Origin: Trichosphaerium sp. ATCC 40318
Lineage: Eukaryota > Protista > Tubulinea
Reading direction: 5' to 3'
Length of the DNA: 64,000 nt
NCBI GenBank assembly: GCA_038496445.1
Contig: JALMLS010000516.1
Span: forward strand, 1 to 64,000
Made by a program: the position numbers and the translations under genes. This document shows positions 51,698 to 63,914 of this stretch, in pieces; position 1 is the stretch's first letter, and each line of letters begins with the position of its first letter. The notes under the pieces were generated by a model. That model saw only the letters and a list, made by a program, of their open reading frames with translations. It was not told the DNA's origin and did not search any database.

Positions 51698-54600
51698 TCA
51701 TGAAAAGAACGTGTTCTTTCGATAGAACTGGAAACCCCTGAAAAATATATGAGTTAATCATTGCTTAAATAATATCATACTCTTTTTCCAGTAAATTAGA
51801 AGCACTATCTAGGTATTTTTGGTGCAATACTTGTCGTTCTGAATGACTCTGAAAGTTTGACTTAAATCCTTCACCTATTTGTACGCTTAGAATTTCTTCT
51901 TTTGTGTTATTAAGTACCTAGGAGCTCATATAACTCTCGTATAGATAAAGCGCATGTATCTACAACTTCTTGTAGTACATCAACTCTACTTCTATCATCT
52001 AAAACTGACTTGAAGCTGCAAATAACAATAGGAACTCCTGAAGTAAAAGCGTTAAATAGAAAATAAACAGCACTGAGAAGAATGTTTTGTACCATTGTCT
52101 ATAAAGAGTCGTATTGGGCTGAAATGCTTCTGAACTTTACTTGTACTCTTGTCATACTTAGCAGTTGGTCCAATCTCAACAGGTATTCTATGATTGGCTA
52201 ATAAATTCATTAGTTAGAAAGAAACATACTTCGCTCTAATGCTAACCCAAATAGTTCATCAAAGTAGGATTCTCGTGCATTTTAAAAGCACCAGATAACC
52301 TTCTACCACCACCCATGTGTACTGCAGATATAATCGATTCAGAACTACAATAAAAAAGCAATCAGCAAACCGAATAAATGAACTACATCAAAGAAAAAAA
52401 GTCAAGTTGGAAAAAATCACGTGATTAGAAAAACAACAAACCTATGTGATCCAGATGCTATAGATACATTAACTCGGTGTTTCTTGAGGTACTCAAAGGT
52501 AGAGAGGAAATATTTGTAGTTAGAAGCATCAAGCTCTTCTGAAAAGAAAAAAAAAACCGTTAGATATAACAAAGCACGTTTAAACAACATTTACCTTCTC
52601 CATAAACACCAAAACCAACGATATTACTCTTACCAGATTGTATACATCCTACAACAACTTCGGAAAGGTCCTTGAATTGAGTTGGATCATCAAGTCGAGG
52701 ATTGGCATACAAAACTAAAGTGGGTAATAAATATGAGATTTGGTCGCTAATTACAATTGTACCCAAAGCAGCCTTGCAGTTTTTATTTGAGCTGTTATTT
52801 TTAGATACTCTACTTTCAACTATATCTAGTACGTCTTTTTCTTTTAAATCACGCAGAGTATGAGCTTTTGGACGTAGAACAATTTCAACATCTAAACAAA
52901 TAAACAAAAAATCATGATGGCAGAAAGCAATGAAACTAGTCGCACAAGTTACGCCATCTGAAACCGCTTGAGAAAAAACTGAATCAACAGCATCTTCTAT
53001 TTGTTCTTTCGTTTGTAAGACACGCTCCATTATATCTCGTGCAACGTCATATGAAGCTATTTTTAGTTCCTGCCAAGTAAAATTACTGGAATGCAAAAAA
53101 GAAGAAAAACAAGGGAATCACCTCAACTGATTTAAGTGGGTACACTCTATCATCCTTTGGAAGCGAACTGTAGTATTTCCATAACTGTTCGATATTATAT
53201 CCACTTCCTAATCTCACATTCAAATCAGCCTTTGGAAGGCGCTTAATGAGTTCTTTTGTAATAGGTGGATTTGTATGATTAAGTCTCCAATAAGGAATGC
53301 TGTAGAGGTTAAGGAGCAAAGTATAGATCAACAGTAAAGGAAATATGGAAAAAATTAAAGGTGATACGATTCTCCAGATATGATCTGTTTAAAATCTAAA
53401 CCAATATCATCGTAGTATGGATGGTCAATGATAGACGATACATCAATGTTGGCTTTGTTCAATTTCGTAACAATTTCTTTTAACATCTCAGCCTGTTTAA
53501 TTAACTATCAGTTCTCTACCTTAACTAATAACAAGAAAATGCGTACCCTCAACCTTCTCTTTTTTTTAACTCCAAGGAAAGTACTCTTCCAGCCATCTCA
53601 AAATCGTTAAGGCACTGTCGAAACAAAAAAAGAAAAAAAAAAGAAAAGAACCATCAACGAGATAAAAGCGGATACAGTCAATCATCCGAACCATATTTTC
53701 AACACTAAACTTGTATTTTTCTTGTATTAGATCATACTCTCCGGAAAGAGTACAATCAGAAACTGTCCTGTTATCAGTACAAGGTACGATAACAATACCT
53801 TCATCAAAAAATTGTCTGATTGGGTGATCATCAAAGTTACTGACAGCTTTCGTATGTATATTAGAAGTCACACAACTCTACAATAAATATATAAGTTTCT
53901 TCAAAAAAACGTCCTCAATCTGGGCGCTACAGTCACGCCTTTGCAGACTTTACTTACCTCAATCGTTACACCACGATCAACAACGTATTTTCGCAAGTCA
54001 TCATTTTGTATTAAATGACAACCATGTCCTATACGATGTGCACCACAATACTGCAATGCATCTTGTACAGACTGCCATCCAGAGGCTTCCCCACTAGTTC
54101 ATAATAAAGTGAGTATTTGTGGAACATTATAGCACGGTACCTGTGTAAAGTACAGTTAATAAGCTTGTTATGTACTATAGAAAAAGCCTCTCTGTGGTGC
54201 TTGGAAGATATCTGTTCTGGTCCTCCAGCCAAGTCAAACCCAACAACACCTCTATCTTTATATCTCCTTTTAAAACAAAATCAGCGAATGTATTTTGTTG
54301 GCGTAAATATTACCAAGCTATTTCGGCTATTGATTCGGTTACTTTTGGATCCAAACTGCGTAATCCACACACTATCAACTTCGCAATGATAGGCAAACGC
54401 AATTCTGACATAACCTTTGTTGTACAAGTTAAAAAGGGAGAAAATCACAAAGGATACAATCACGTTATTTTTTGAGAAATCACGTGATATTTTTTCTTAA
54501 GAAAATGCAAAGAAAAGTACCAGTCCTTCTACAGCGGCCTCCATTACACCACCCATACTTAGACCACTTTTTAAATGTAACACGGGACTAAATCTTATTT

Positions 54601-55225
54601 CTATATACCGAATACCATCAGCACAGGCGTCTTTACAAACCTCATAGACAGCTCTTGTAATGGCAACTAAAAAACACATCAAAAAAACTTTGGAAAAGAA
54701 AAAAAAAAAAGAATTCTTCACAACTATTCAGAGTTATCTTTAAAAGGAAAGAAGCGCGCTTACAAGGCTTTTGAAGTACACTTCCTGTTATATCAAACCC
54801 ACGCAAGTATTCAATAAGTGACTCGCATGTTTCATCAACTGAAATCAGTTTTTTAAGTTCTGCTTCGTCAAAAGTAGGCAATTCAATGCCCTGTTCTTTA
54901 GCTAGCTCAATGATCGTTTTTGCGCTGATACTGCCGTCTAAGCGGAACGTTTAATAAGTAAGGTGTCATAACATGAGCTGGTATAAGCTTTTAAGGCACT
55001 TTGGCGCGTGTTGTAATTCTTTGAGGCAAATGCCGTTGAGAATACTTCGTTGCGTTCAAAAACTAACGTACCGAGGTGGCAATGTAACTCAGCCTTTGGT
55101 AGAGACTTTATTACGTTAAATGGTATTTTTTGCGCCATCGTTTGTCGTGTAGGTGAATAGGCACGCGTGGTGTTATTAGGTACGTGTCGCGTGCTGATAT
55201 GCCGTTTAAACACTTTCCCTAGCAT
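51698..55225 (-). CDS. ADA: Adenosine deaminase with a second, degenerate ADA domain
   Basis: Domain 1: LPKAELHCHLDGS, YIEIRFSP, GFDLAG, HSGE, RIGHG, TDN. Domain 2: LPKADLNVRLGS, VEIVLRP, IVGFGVYG, RRLSG. Basic N-terminal extension before Met at 55138. Confidence 0.88.
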
Positions 55226-55813
55226 ACAAAACGAAATGTGATGCTTTTATTGAAATTGTGAGAATCTGCGTTGACTTTCTTATTGATCCCCAACACCTGT
55301 TAAAGCACTCTGAAGGATGGACAATGTTATAAGTGGTCTCGCTATTCTACCTGCAGTGAGTATAAGCTCTATTTAAGCACTTTTATTCGTATAAATCAAA
55401 AAGCCGGCTAAACATGTATAGATATACTTTGTACGTAGCCTAGATTTTGAAATTGGGGATAGAAAAGAATACGCGTACAATACATTTATTGTAGTGCAAA
55501 GCATTCTCGCACTGTGTATTGCGTACATATATTGGAGTATACGCAGTACTAGGGATCAAAGAAGTGTTTCTCTCACTGTACGCATTGTCACATTATTGTA
55601 CAATTTTTAAACTCAGTGCACGTCACTTGTTACGCCATGTGTACCACTATACGGTACTTTCAACGCGAATTTAACTATGCCACGTCAGTCACTTGTAAAC
55701 ACCATCAAAACTTTCCCCAAATGACTTAAATATACCACCAGAGTACTAATAAATACAATAGAAAAACATTTGGGGCCAACAAATAAAGAAAGAAATTATT
55801 ACGGTTTTTGAGT

Positions 55814-56639
55814 ATGACTCAAGAGAGTTTATGAAATTAGCCTTTGGGTACGCCTATACAACATACTTTATTACTATTTTCACTACTTTCTTTCCTTTAA
55901 AATCCAAAAATCATCATCAGTCAGTTTTTGTTCAATTTTCAACTTTCGTCAACGAAGACACGTCAGTTTTGTATCTTTACGCGATTTATTGACTTTACAT
56001 CAATATAATTTTTTTATACCTGGATTGATTATTGCTTTTTTATTATTTACTAACTTGCTATTAGCTTTCTGTTATCTTTGGGTATGATTTTCTGGGGTAC
56101 AGTAAAATGGCCTGAAGTTGTAGCTACCTTCGCAGCAACCCAGTGTGTTATAAGTATGTCAAAACCTCGAAAAATCTAAACTACTACATGCCTCTATTGT
56201 AGAAGTAGTGACTACTGCTATCGCAGTACTGTTATTTCAAACAATTGCGCAATTAGAGCAAAAAAATCACAAACCCTTTTTTGCCTATTTTATATAATTT
56301 TTGACATTACTTGTAGTACCTTTCAGAACGTTTAAATCCAACCTCTTCAAATCGCATATACTTGGCTGGAACATACCTAGACCATTCCCTCAACCACCTT
56401 CACCTTTTAAGCAAATGTGGAGCGAGATGAAAAAGGAGTTACAATCTCTTGACCCTAACGCAAAAACGCCTCGTGGTAGTAAGAAAAAATCAGCAAAGAA
56501 GCCAAAAGCTGGTGATGTTGCTGCAATACGCAAAAGACAAAAACAAAACCAAATAGCAGTTGAAGAAAAGGATAAAATAGACAGACAACTAAGAGCAGCA
56601 AAGGGACATAAAACGAGCAATCGTAAAAAAGTGAACTAA
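55814..56639 (+). CDS. Pho88/SND3-like small membrane protein
   Basis: TM segments, then LLFQ...PFRTFKSNLFKSHILGWNIPRPF, resembling the PHO88 C-terminal motif; basic tail. Confidence 0.5.
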
Positions 56640-56990
56640 TAACAAAAATCTCGTGTGGGTACAAAAAAAAAGTATCCACAAAAAAAGAAAAAATAATCCA
56701 AAAAACACTGCATTAGAAAGTGTCAATAACGAATAAAAAAACCCCGCTAGCGCGTACCACACCAAAAACAGAGTTTTTCTGCGTAGTATTTTTTTTTTCT
56801 GAACTTTTAAAGGTTTTAATCATTAACCGGCACTATTGCACTTTTTGTAACTTGTGGCTGTATAGCACTGTACTAAAGAGTGCTATGAGAGTGTATTGCC
56901 TTAATAATGCGCTGTCAAACCATTTTGGCAAAAAAAGTTGTCAAAATACTTCAAACAACATTAAAGCGGACAAATAAGAACTACAACAAG

Positions 56991-59900
56991 ATGGAAAAGA
57001 AAAGTAAAGGGGTACCAAACAAACAGCGTACCCTAAAGTTGGAAAAAAGGGTTTCAGTAGAAGAAGGGTTAAATGGTGCTAATTCGCTGGAAAATCGTGG
57101 AAAGACATCAACAAAGTCTAAACGACCAAACACTAGCCGGTACAATCGATTTTTTGCTCTATTTTGGTAGTAACGCTCTTTACGATACAGGAGACGTTCC
57201 AAGCGTATGGCTTCTTCTGATGGGACATTAAAAACTGATCTCGCCTCGTTCAGATTAGTTATAAAGACAGAATTCGCTTGCATCGCAGAGCAAATACGTG
57301 AAGAGAACAGGGAGCTTAAAGAATTAATTGTGAGCTTGACAGAAAAGGTAGTTGATGTAAAAATGTTACAAGGCAAGAAAATAACGTTTTATAGGTCGAC
57401 CAACAATCACAATCAATACAGTTAATGAGCGACGAAATAATAGAAATGAGAAATAGTGCATTGTACGTTGTGCTCGCCTAAAAAGTAGTTTGACCTATTC
57501 GCTTGCTTATCCTACGCGTATAGAACAACTCCAGGTCGATCTAGACCATCTAATGTCTCTTTTGAACGGCCGTCTCCACGAGACTCCAGAGGTAATCTAA
57601 AACCTTTGTCAGTTCCTCTTATAACCATGTTAACCCTCTTTTAGTCGTAAAATCGCAATCAACGACATTCAGCCCACTCAAAAAAACAAAGACTGTTAAA
57701 CCAAAGAAAGAGAACAAGAAACCTTAGTAAGTACTGATGAGCATTAAGCATGAAAACAAAGGTTTTCTATTTTTTATGAAATTAAACGAAACTAAAGGCT
57801 AATCTCTCGGCTTACACATTTTGATAGCGCCTTACGTAAAACCCACTCAAGTACTCCATCAATTAATGTGAGTAAAAAATCTAAAAAGAAGAAAAAAGAT
57901 GATCAAGGTTACTCAAGGTACGCACCTGTTTGTGACACGTGCAAAAAAAAAGTCTTTTAGATTTTTTGTATTGTTGTTTTTGACGGCTTGCTTCTATGTC
58001 TATCATTTGTTCTACAACACTACGCATTCATTTTAACAAAGGCATTAATACTAATGAAGTCAACAATAGCGAACCTCCAAAGACAAGAAAGAATAGCTCT
58101 GATGCGACTTTCTTTAAAAAAGTAAGTATTAAATTGATGTTGTTTGTCTGTTTGTTTATTGGTTTTAATTGGTATACAGCTCATGCGTGGTATGTCAAGT
58201 AAAGAGAAAAAAGTACTAGATAATCTACACGAGAAACTAGAAGCACATCGAAAGCAATCAATTTCAGGTAAGAACGAAAGAGCTCTTTCAGTTCTTTATT
58301 ACTTTCTCTTTTTGTATCTTTGATTATTAACTTTTCTTATAGAGGATAGATCACCTTTCGCAATTGGGCATTTACATCCTAATTCGCCTAGAAGCCCTTC
58401 TCCTCTATCACCTGATGCTTCACTTACGGTTACTGCTAAGATAAACAACAGCCAACTTAACATGGAGTGTACGCTCTGCTCTTAACCTACCTTTCTTCTT
58501 TTTCTTTAAAACTAACATTTTCTTAACAGCGCATGGGCTTTCTTTTATACCAGCAACAGTACTGGTTAAATCACAAGATATACAAAGCTTACAACTAGCA
58601 AAAAATAAGTTTGTTAAGTTCCCAAACTTAACATCTTTCAACTTTCTCACAGAGCTTGATCTATCTCATAATATGATAGAAGTCGCTACTGGTTCTATAT
58701 CAAGTCTAAGTAACCTCACAAGTCTTAAGTAAGTACACTAAAGAAAGCAAAGAAATCGAAGAAACCCAATAACTTGCTTTATTTTCTCAAAATCTCATTT
58801 TTTGTTAGGTTGGAAGACAACTCTCTTTACGCACTCTCTGCAGATATTAAAAACTTGAAACAGTTGAGAAGACTATTTCTGGGGGATAATGACTTAGGAC
58901 CAAATATACCAGATGTCATTCTTCACTTAACAGCGTTGACAGAGTTAGAATTGTTGTAAGTGGTTTTTTTTTTCCATTTTTTTTCTTTTCTGATGTACAT
59001 CTTTTTTAGCGCCAATTCTCTTCGTATGATACCTGCTGGTATCTCACAATTATCCAATTTGGAGTTCTTGAATATGTCACAAAACCACTTGGAACACCTT
59101 GGCGGTGGTGTTGCTAACTTAACCCAATTGCGGCGCCTTGATGTTAGAGAAAATAGGCTAGTGCAGTTACCTTCAAAAATAAGTAACCTCTCCTTGTACG
59201 TTATTTGATCATTACTTCCGAGCTTCCTATAACCTTTCTGTGGTTCTTACTCTCAATCCTAGATTAAAGACACTTAATGTGTCAAACAATAACTTGACAC
59301 TGCTGCCTTCATCTCTATCTGAGTGTAATCATGTTTTCAAAGGACTTGATATTTCTGATAATCCATTCGTGGATCCAATGATAGTAGAGCAATATAATGC
59401 AAGTCCAATGGCTTTATTGACTTATTTGCGTATCTTGCATAAGAGTACGTACTCTACTTGTTGGTGTTGTCTTTAAGCAAAGTCTTTTTTACTTTGGTTG
59501 TCTAATGTTAATTTTTTTTTAGAGAATGCTGAGCAACCACCATCTCATGGCGAGTATACTTTATCAGCATACTCTTCAGGTCTTGATACTGATGTTGCAG
59601 ATGATATGAAGATACACACTGATTCTAATGATAACAGTGAGGATGACAGTGGTACTGATACTGTACGTACAATGCTTGTGTAATTTTTTCCGATTTTTTA
59701 TTGCTTTCTCGTCTTGTTGTGTATGAAGGACTGTCATATTTTAACCTTCAACTGTGTAAAGTCTATAGCATGGTGTTACATACTTTCACAAGCTGTATTT
59801 GTTTATGTTGTAGTGTTTTTGACTAATATTTGCTCTGTTTAGAGTATTATAGATAATCCCAGTTACAATAATAAATTACGATCTCTTGTTGTATGGACAA

Positions 59901-60368
59901 GAGAGGCTTTAGAGAATAACTTACAACCAGTTATTAAAACTTTATCTCAAAGTGTATTTAAGAGTAAGACAAAACGTCAAGCAGTAGTATCAACAATACA
60001 AAACATCGGCAGGGTACACAAACACATAAGGACAACATTCGCTTTTTTGTTTGTGCATGGGGTTTCTTTTCTGATTTTTTTCTTAGATTTTTGTTAACAA
60101 CTCAAGTTTGATTCCTGGAGAGAAAAGTCGTTGTGAAGTGCTTCTTGGTATTGAGTCTGTTGATAAGAGTGCTCAGACACATCATATATATAGATGTTGG
60201 GAGATTATTGATGATATTATGGAGAGTATGGGTGAGTTACTTGACGAACCTATAACAAGTGATGCAAAAGTTGAACAAACTCTAAAGTTAATTAATGCAA
60301 CAAAAGAGATTTTGGACTTATTAGCTGAATGTGCTACTACGACAGGAATTAATGCTTTTGATAATTGA
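56991..60368 (+). CDS. Intron-rich protein with N-terminal low-complexity/coiled-coil region and typical LRRs
   Basis: LxxLxLxxNxL repeats (LTELDLSHNMI, LRRLFLGDNDL, LEFLNMSQNHL, LRRLDVRENRL) split by introns; stop TGA at 60366-60368. Confidence 0.75.
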
Positions 60369-60844
60369 GAGAGAAAAATATACCCTTTATATTGATATCA
60401 AGGATTGAAATCAAAAGTGTAAAATAGTGAAATAAAGATAACATTAGATAAAAAAAAACCATGTTGTTTTTTTCCAGTAGTTCACTCTTGTTCAATATCT
60501 TCCTTAGTGTATTCATAAAGAACTCTATTAAAATCCTGACAGCTAGAGGATATTGGAAGTACAATAACAAGTTTGTTTTGAAATGATATTGCTCAAAGGT
60601 GGGCCTATGGTCACCCTTAAAAGAGCATGCCTAAATCTACATTTCCGTTGACATTGTGTTTGTTTTACCTGGTGCAACGCTGTCAACAACAGCTATCCTG
60701 TATAAACTTAAACTAACTGTTTTGTTAATGCCGTTGATAGGAACATGTTAATAAAACATTGTAAAGGAAGTGTCAGTTTTTATTGAGTGTTCTTTTTTAC
60801 AGCACTACTTTGTCTGCACCATGCGAGTTTGAAGTGCTACTTTT

Positions 60845-61105
60845 TCAGGTTATGTACCTATGTTTGAGATTAGGTAAACAATCAATGCTATCCTTTGATA
60901 TCTGAGGACGTTTTTCGATTGTGAGAAAGAAAACAGATTCCAACTGCTCGACGTCTTTAGAACTAATCATAGGGCAATTAATAAATTAACATCAATAGCA
61001 CCTGACATTGCTTTAATGCATTCATATGTAATATTATTCCCTGAACATTCAATAGTGTAACCCAGTGATTGCTTGTATACCTTCTACTGTAACTGACTTA
61101 CATCT
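60845..61105 (-). pseudogene. Frameshifted relic of the same F-box/LRR repeat family
   Basis: RCKSVTVEGIQAITGLH / TIECSGNNITYECIKAMSGAIDVNL / NCPMISSKDVEQL... join only through frameshifts. Confidence 0.6.
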
Positions 61106-61303
61106 CACTAACAGTTTCTGGTTTTTCCAAGTATAAAGTCATATTCAAAAAAACAACTATTTATTTAGACTTAATTTCGAAAGGGTACGCTGTATTGAAA
61201 AAAAGAGCTTGTTGGGTAAATAATAGTCCATTGGTTTAATGGTAGATAGATGTGGAGAGTTGTATTGAGTGTTTTGAGATCGCTCTTTTTGTAGTCAAAC
61301 AAA

Positions 61304-63079
61304 TCACCAAGAAAAAGCTCGCTTGTTCATTAAGGTTTCAGATATGTTTTTACAACGCTTTAGGCTTATCCTTTTAACATCACCCAAACTATTAATGGCA
61401 CCTTCAGTAATATTATCATTGCCAACAAGGCTTAATTTATGTGCATCCATAAAAACTTTAATCCCTTCATCAGTTACTAAAGGACATCCTCGGAGACATA
61501 CATTCCTTGCTCCACCGAGATACTTAACGCCTTCATCAGTAATTAGATTACATCCTCTCAATGATATGGTTTTGACGCCTCCAAGAGCCTTGATGCCTTC
61601 GTCAGTGACTTTCAAACATCCGTATAAACAAATAGAGTTGACACCTCCGAGATGCTTTATACCTTCACTAGAAACATTAACACATCCTTTGAGATTAATC
61701 TCTTGGACTCCAGAAAGTGATTTAATAGCCTCATCACTCACAAATATCCTATTCTTTAAGTTGATAATCTTAACACCACTCAAAGCCTTGATACCTTCAT
61801 TTATGTCAATAGTATTCGTATGTTTAAAACTCAAATCGATTGAATGAACACCAGCAAGTGCAGCAATACCAACACTAGTTATCTTTTTACAATTTGGTAG
61901 ACTTATAGTGTGAACGCCAGAAAGAGCTTCAAGTCCGTAATCAGTAATATGCCTAGGTGGGTACATTTTCTGTACACCTTTGAACGCTCTTATACCTTCG
62001 TCAGTAACATTCTTCAAAGCGCTCATCTCGACAACTCTAGCTCCTTTAAAAGCCATCATACATCTATCAGTTAACTTTGTATTGCATCCAAAATAAATAA
62101 CACTCGCTCCACCAAGAGGTATCAAATCATCATCTGAGAATCTATTTGAGCCTGTAATGAACTCATCTACTCCAGCCAACTGTTTATAAGCAGAAATTGG
62201 TCCCTTTAGCTGAGGTAAGGCTAATTTCTTTGCGCCCTTTAAATACTGTAGTATTGTAGTTGAAAGACCGTAACACCTTAGTATAAGGCTCTCAATACAC
62301 TTTAAGTAAGAGATACCTTTATCTGTAATCTTATAACTTGATACGCTCAAACACTTGACACGTGGAATATGCTTCAACCCTTCATCTGAGATATATTTGC
62401 AACGCATCAGGTTAATTGTATGTACGTTTGATAAGTGACATAGATGGTCATTTGTCACTGATGTACCACTCAAGTCAATAGTATGTAGATTAGACATAAG
62501 GCGAAAAGAGCCACTTGAAGGTATGGAGTAACATGCAAAGTTTAAGGACTTTGCTTTCGCTAATATTTTTGCAGCATCTTCTCCATAGCAGCTATAAAGT
62601 TCAATCTCTACTTTGAAATGTGCGTTTTTAAGTGTCTTGAAATACTTCTCTATGCAATCTATTTGTGAAAGGCTGGTTATTGACGCTGTTGCGTATCCCA
62701 TAGAGTTACGCATAAAGTTTGTCATTTTCCAACACGTTTTAGTTAATAAACCCCATTCATAGCGTTGAAGGAACGTAAGAATATGTTCTAGAATATCGGG
62801 GAAGAGGTTGATCAAGTTTTGATTGTCATTTGCTTCATTTTGATCTGACGCGTCTCTATAAGTGCGTTAGTGGCGTATGGGAGCAATAAAAGATGCTGGC
62901 GAAGGTAAGTAAGCGAACCAGAACAAACACAAGTAATGTTGCTAAAATTAGCAGCTGGCAGCATAATACGCAACAAGGAGCGTTAAATAAGATACAAAGC
63001 GGTATGCGGTCGACGGTAAAGGTCTTTTTCGCAAAAAATCTCCGTGCCTGTTAGTTTGGTTGCTTGATAGCTCCGCCAT
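61304..63079 (-). CDS. F-box / LRR protein (family member 3)
   Basis: LINLFPDILEHILTFL..LTKTCW, then ~17 LRRs in one ~1.55-kb exon. A ctaac...tag acceptor at ~62856 implies an upstream exon, putative ATG 63079. 5' end uncertain. Confidence 0.85.
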
Positions 63080-63208
63080 TCTGGAAAGCAATAAAATTGG
63101 GATTAGAAGTACACACGTCTCGCTAATGCCTTCTTGCGATTTTACAGCACTCCAAAAACGCGTTGAAAAGTCAACGTCGGTCACCACGAGGTAAGAAAAC
63201 ACGTGCCT

Positions 63209-63914
63209 GCGAGAACATAAAGTCTAAGATAGATATCAAATACCACACAAATAGAATAATACAAGAATTTCTAGGTAAAAATAAAGATACAAAAGATCCT
63301 ATAACATTATACAACGAACATGCAGGTGGAAACAACTTATTTTGCAAATCTAAGTGGCCAACCAAGAATAAAACTAATCCAACATACGACCAAATAGAAC
63401 TTGCGAAACTCGGTAGCTCCATTACAATTAAAACAAAAGATTACAATATCAAACCTTGGTACTTAACCAAAAACAATTCCAACCCCACAAACTTCAGAGG
63501 CTCACAAGGATATGTCACAAAAGAATTCATAAGCGAACTTAAAGAGAAAACTGGTACAAACAAAACTAATTTAATCAACACCCTAGCTAAACGACTGAAC
63601 CACATGTACATCACTTATCTATATAACAAATACCGTACTAGATGCCTAGAAACCCACACCTTAAAAAAATCAAAAGGTCAACATGTACCGATGCACTACG
63701 TAAGATGGCAAGCCAAAGTCATACGCATGCGTCAATTCCTACCAATCACAAATGCAATACCTCTTTTTCCCAACACAACTAATACTAATACGGTAATCAC
63801 ATAGCATTTGTTATAACAGCCAACCCAAACGCTTCGGCGTAGCCCTTTGGAGGCTAGAGGTGGGTTGGCTGTATAAAGATCGTTATTGACTTTTTTTTTT
63901 TTTTTTTTTTTTTT
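63209..63914 (+). mobile_element. 5'-truncated non-LTR retrotransposon (ORF2 C-terminal fragment, 3' UTR and T-tail) with 17-bp TSD
   Basis: TAAGAAAACACGTGCCT at 63192-63208 and 63915-63931. A/C-rich frame is open from the TSD to the stop at 63804, with H..C and YNKYRTRC motifs. 25-T run at 63891-63915. Confidence 0.8.

Noticed and set aside
61323-61847. Plus-strand ORFs opposite real genes (also 656-1024, 11666-12055, 12209-12586, 30197-30679, 34357-34872)
   Set aside because: They are antisense shadows of well-supported genes and have no motifs of their own.
62878-63190. Spliced + strand gene starting at 62878 as host of the LINE
   Set aside because: ATG-initiated frames hit stops after splicing, and the region overlaps the probable 5' exon/intron of the minus-strand LRR gene. 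The host transcript remains unresolved.
63816-63872. Hammerhead ribozyme in the retroelement 3' UTR
   Set aside because: It is a three-way junction but has no CUGANGA/GAAA core on either strand.
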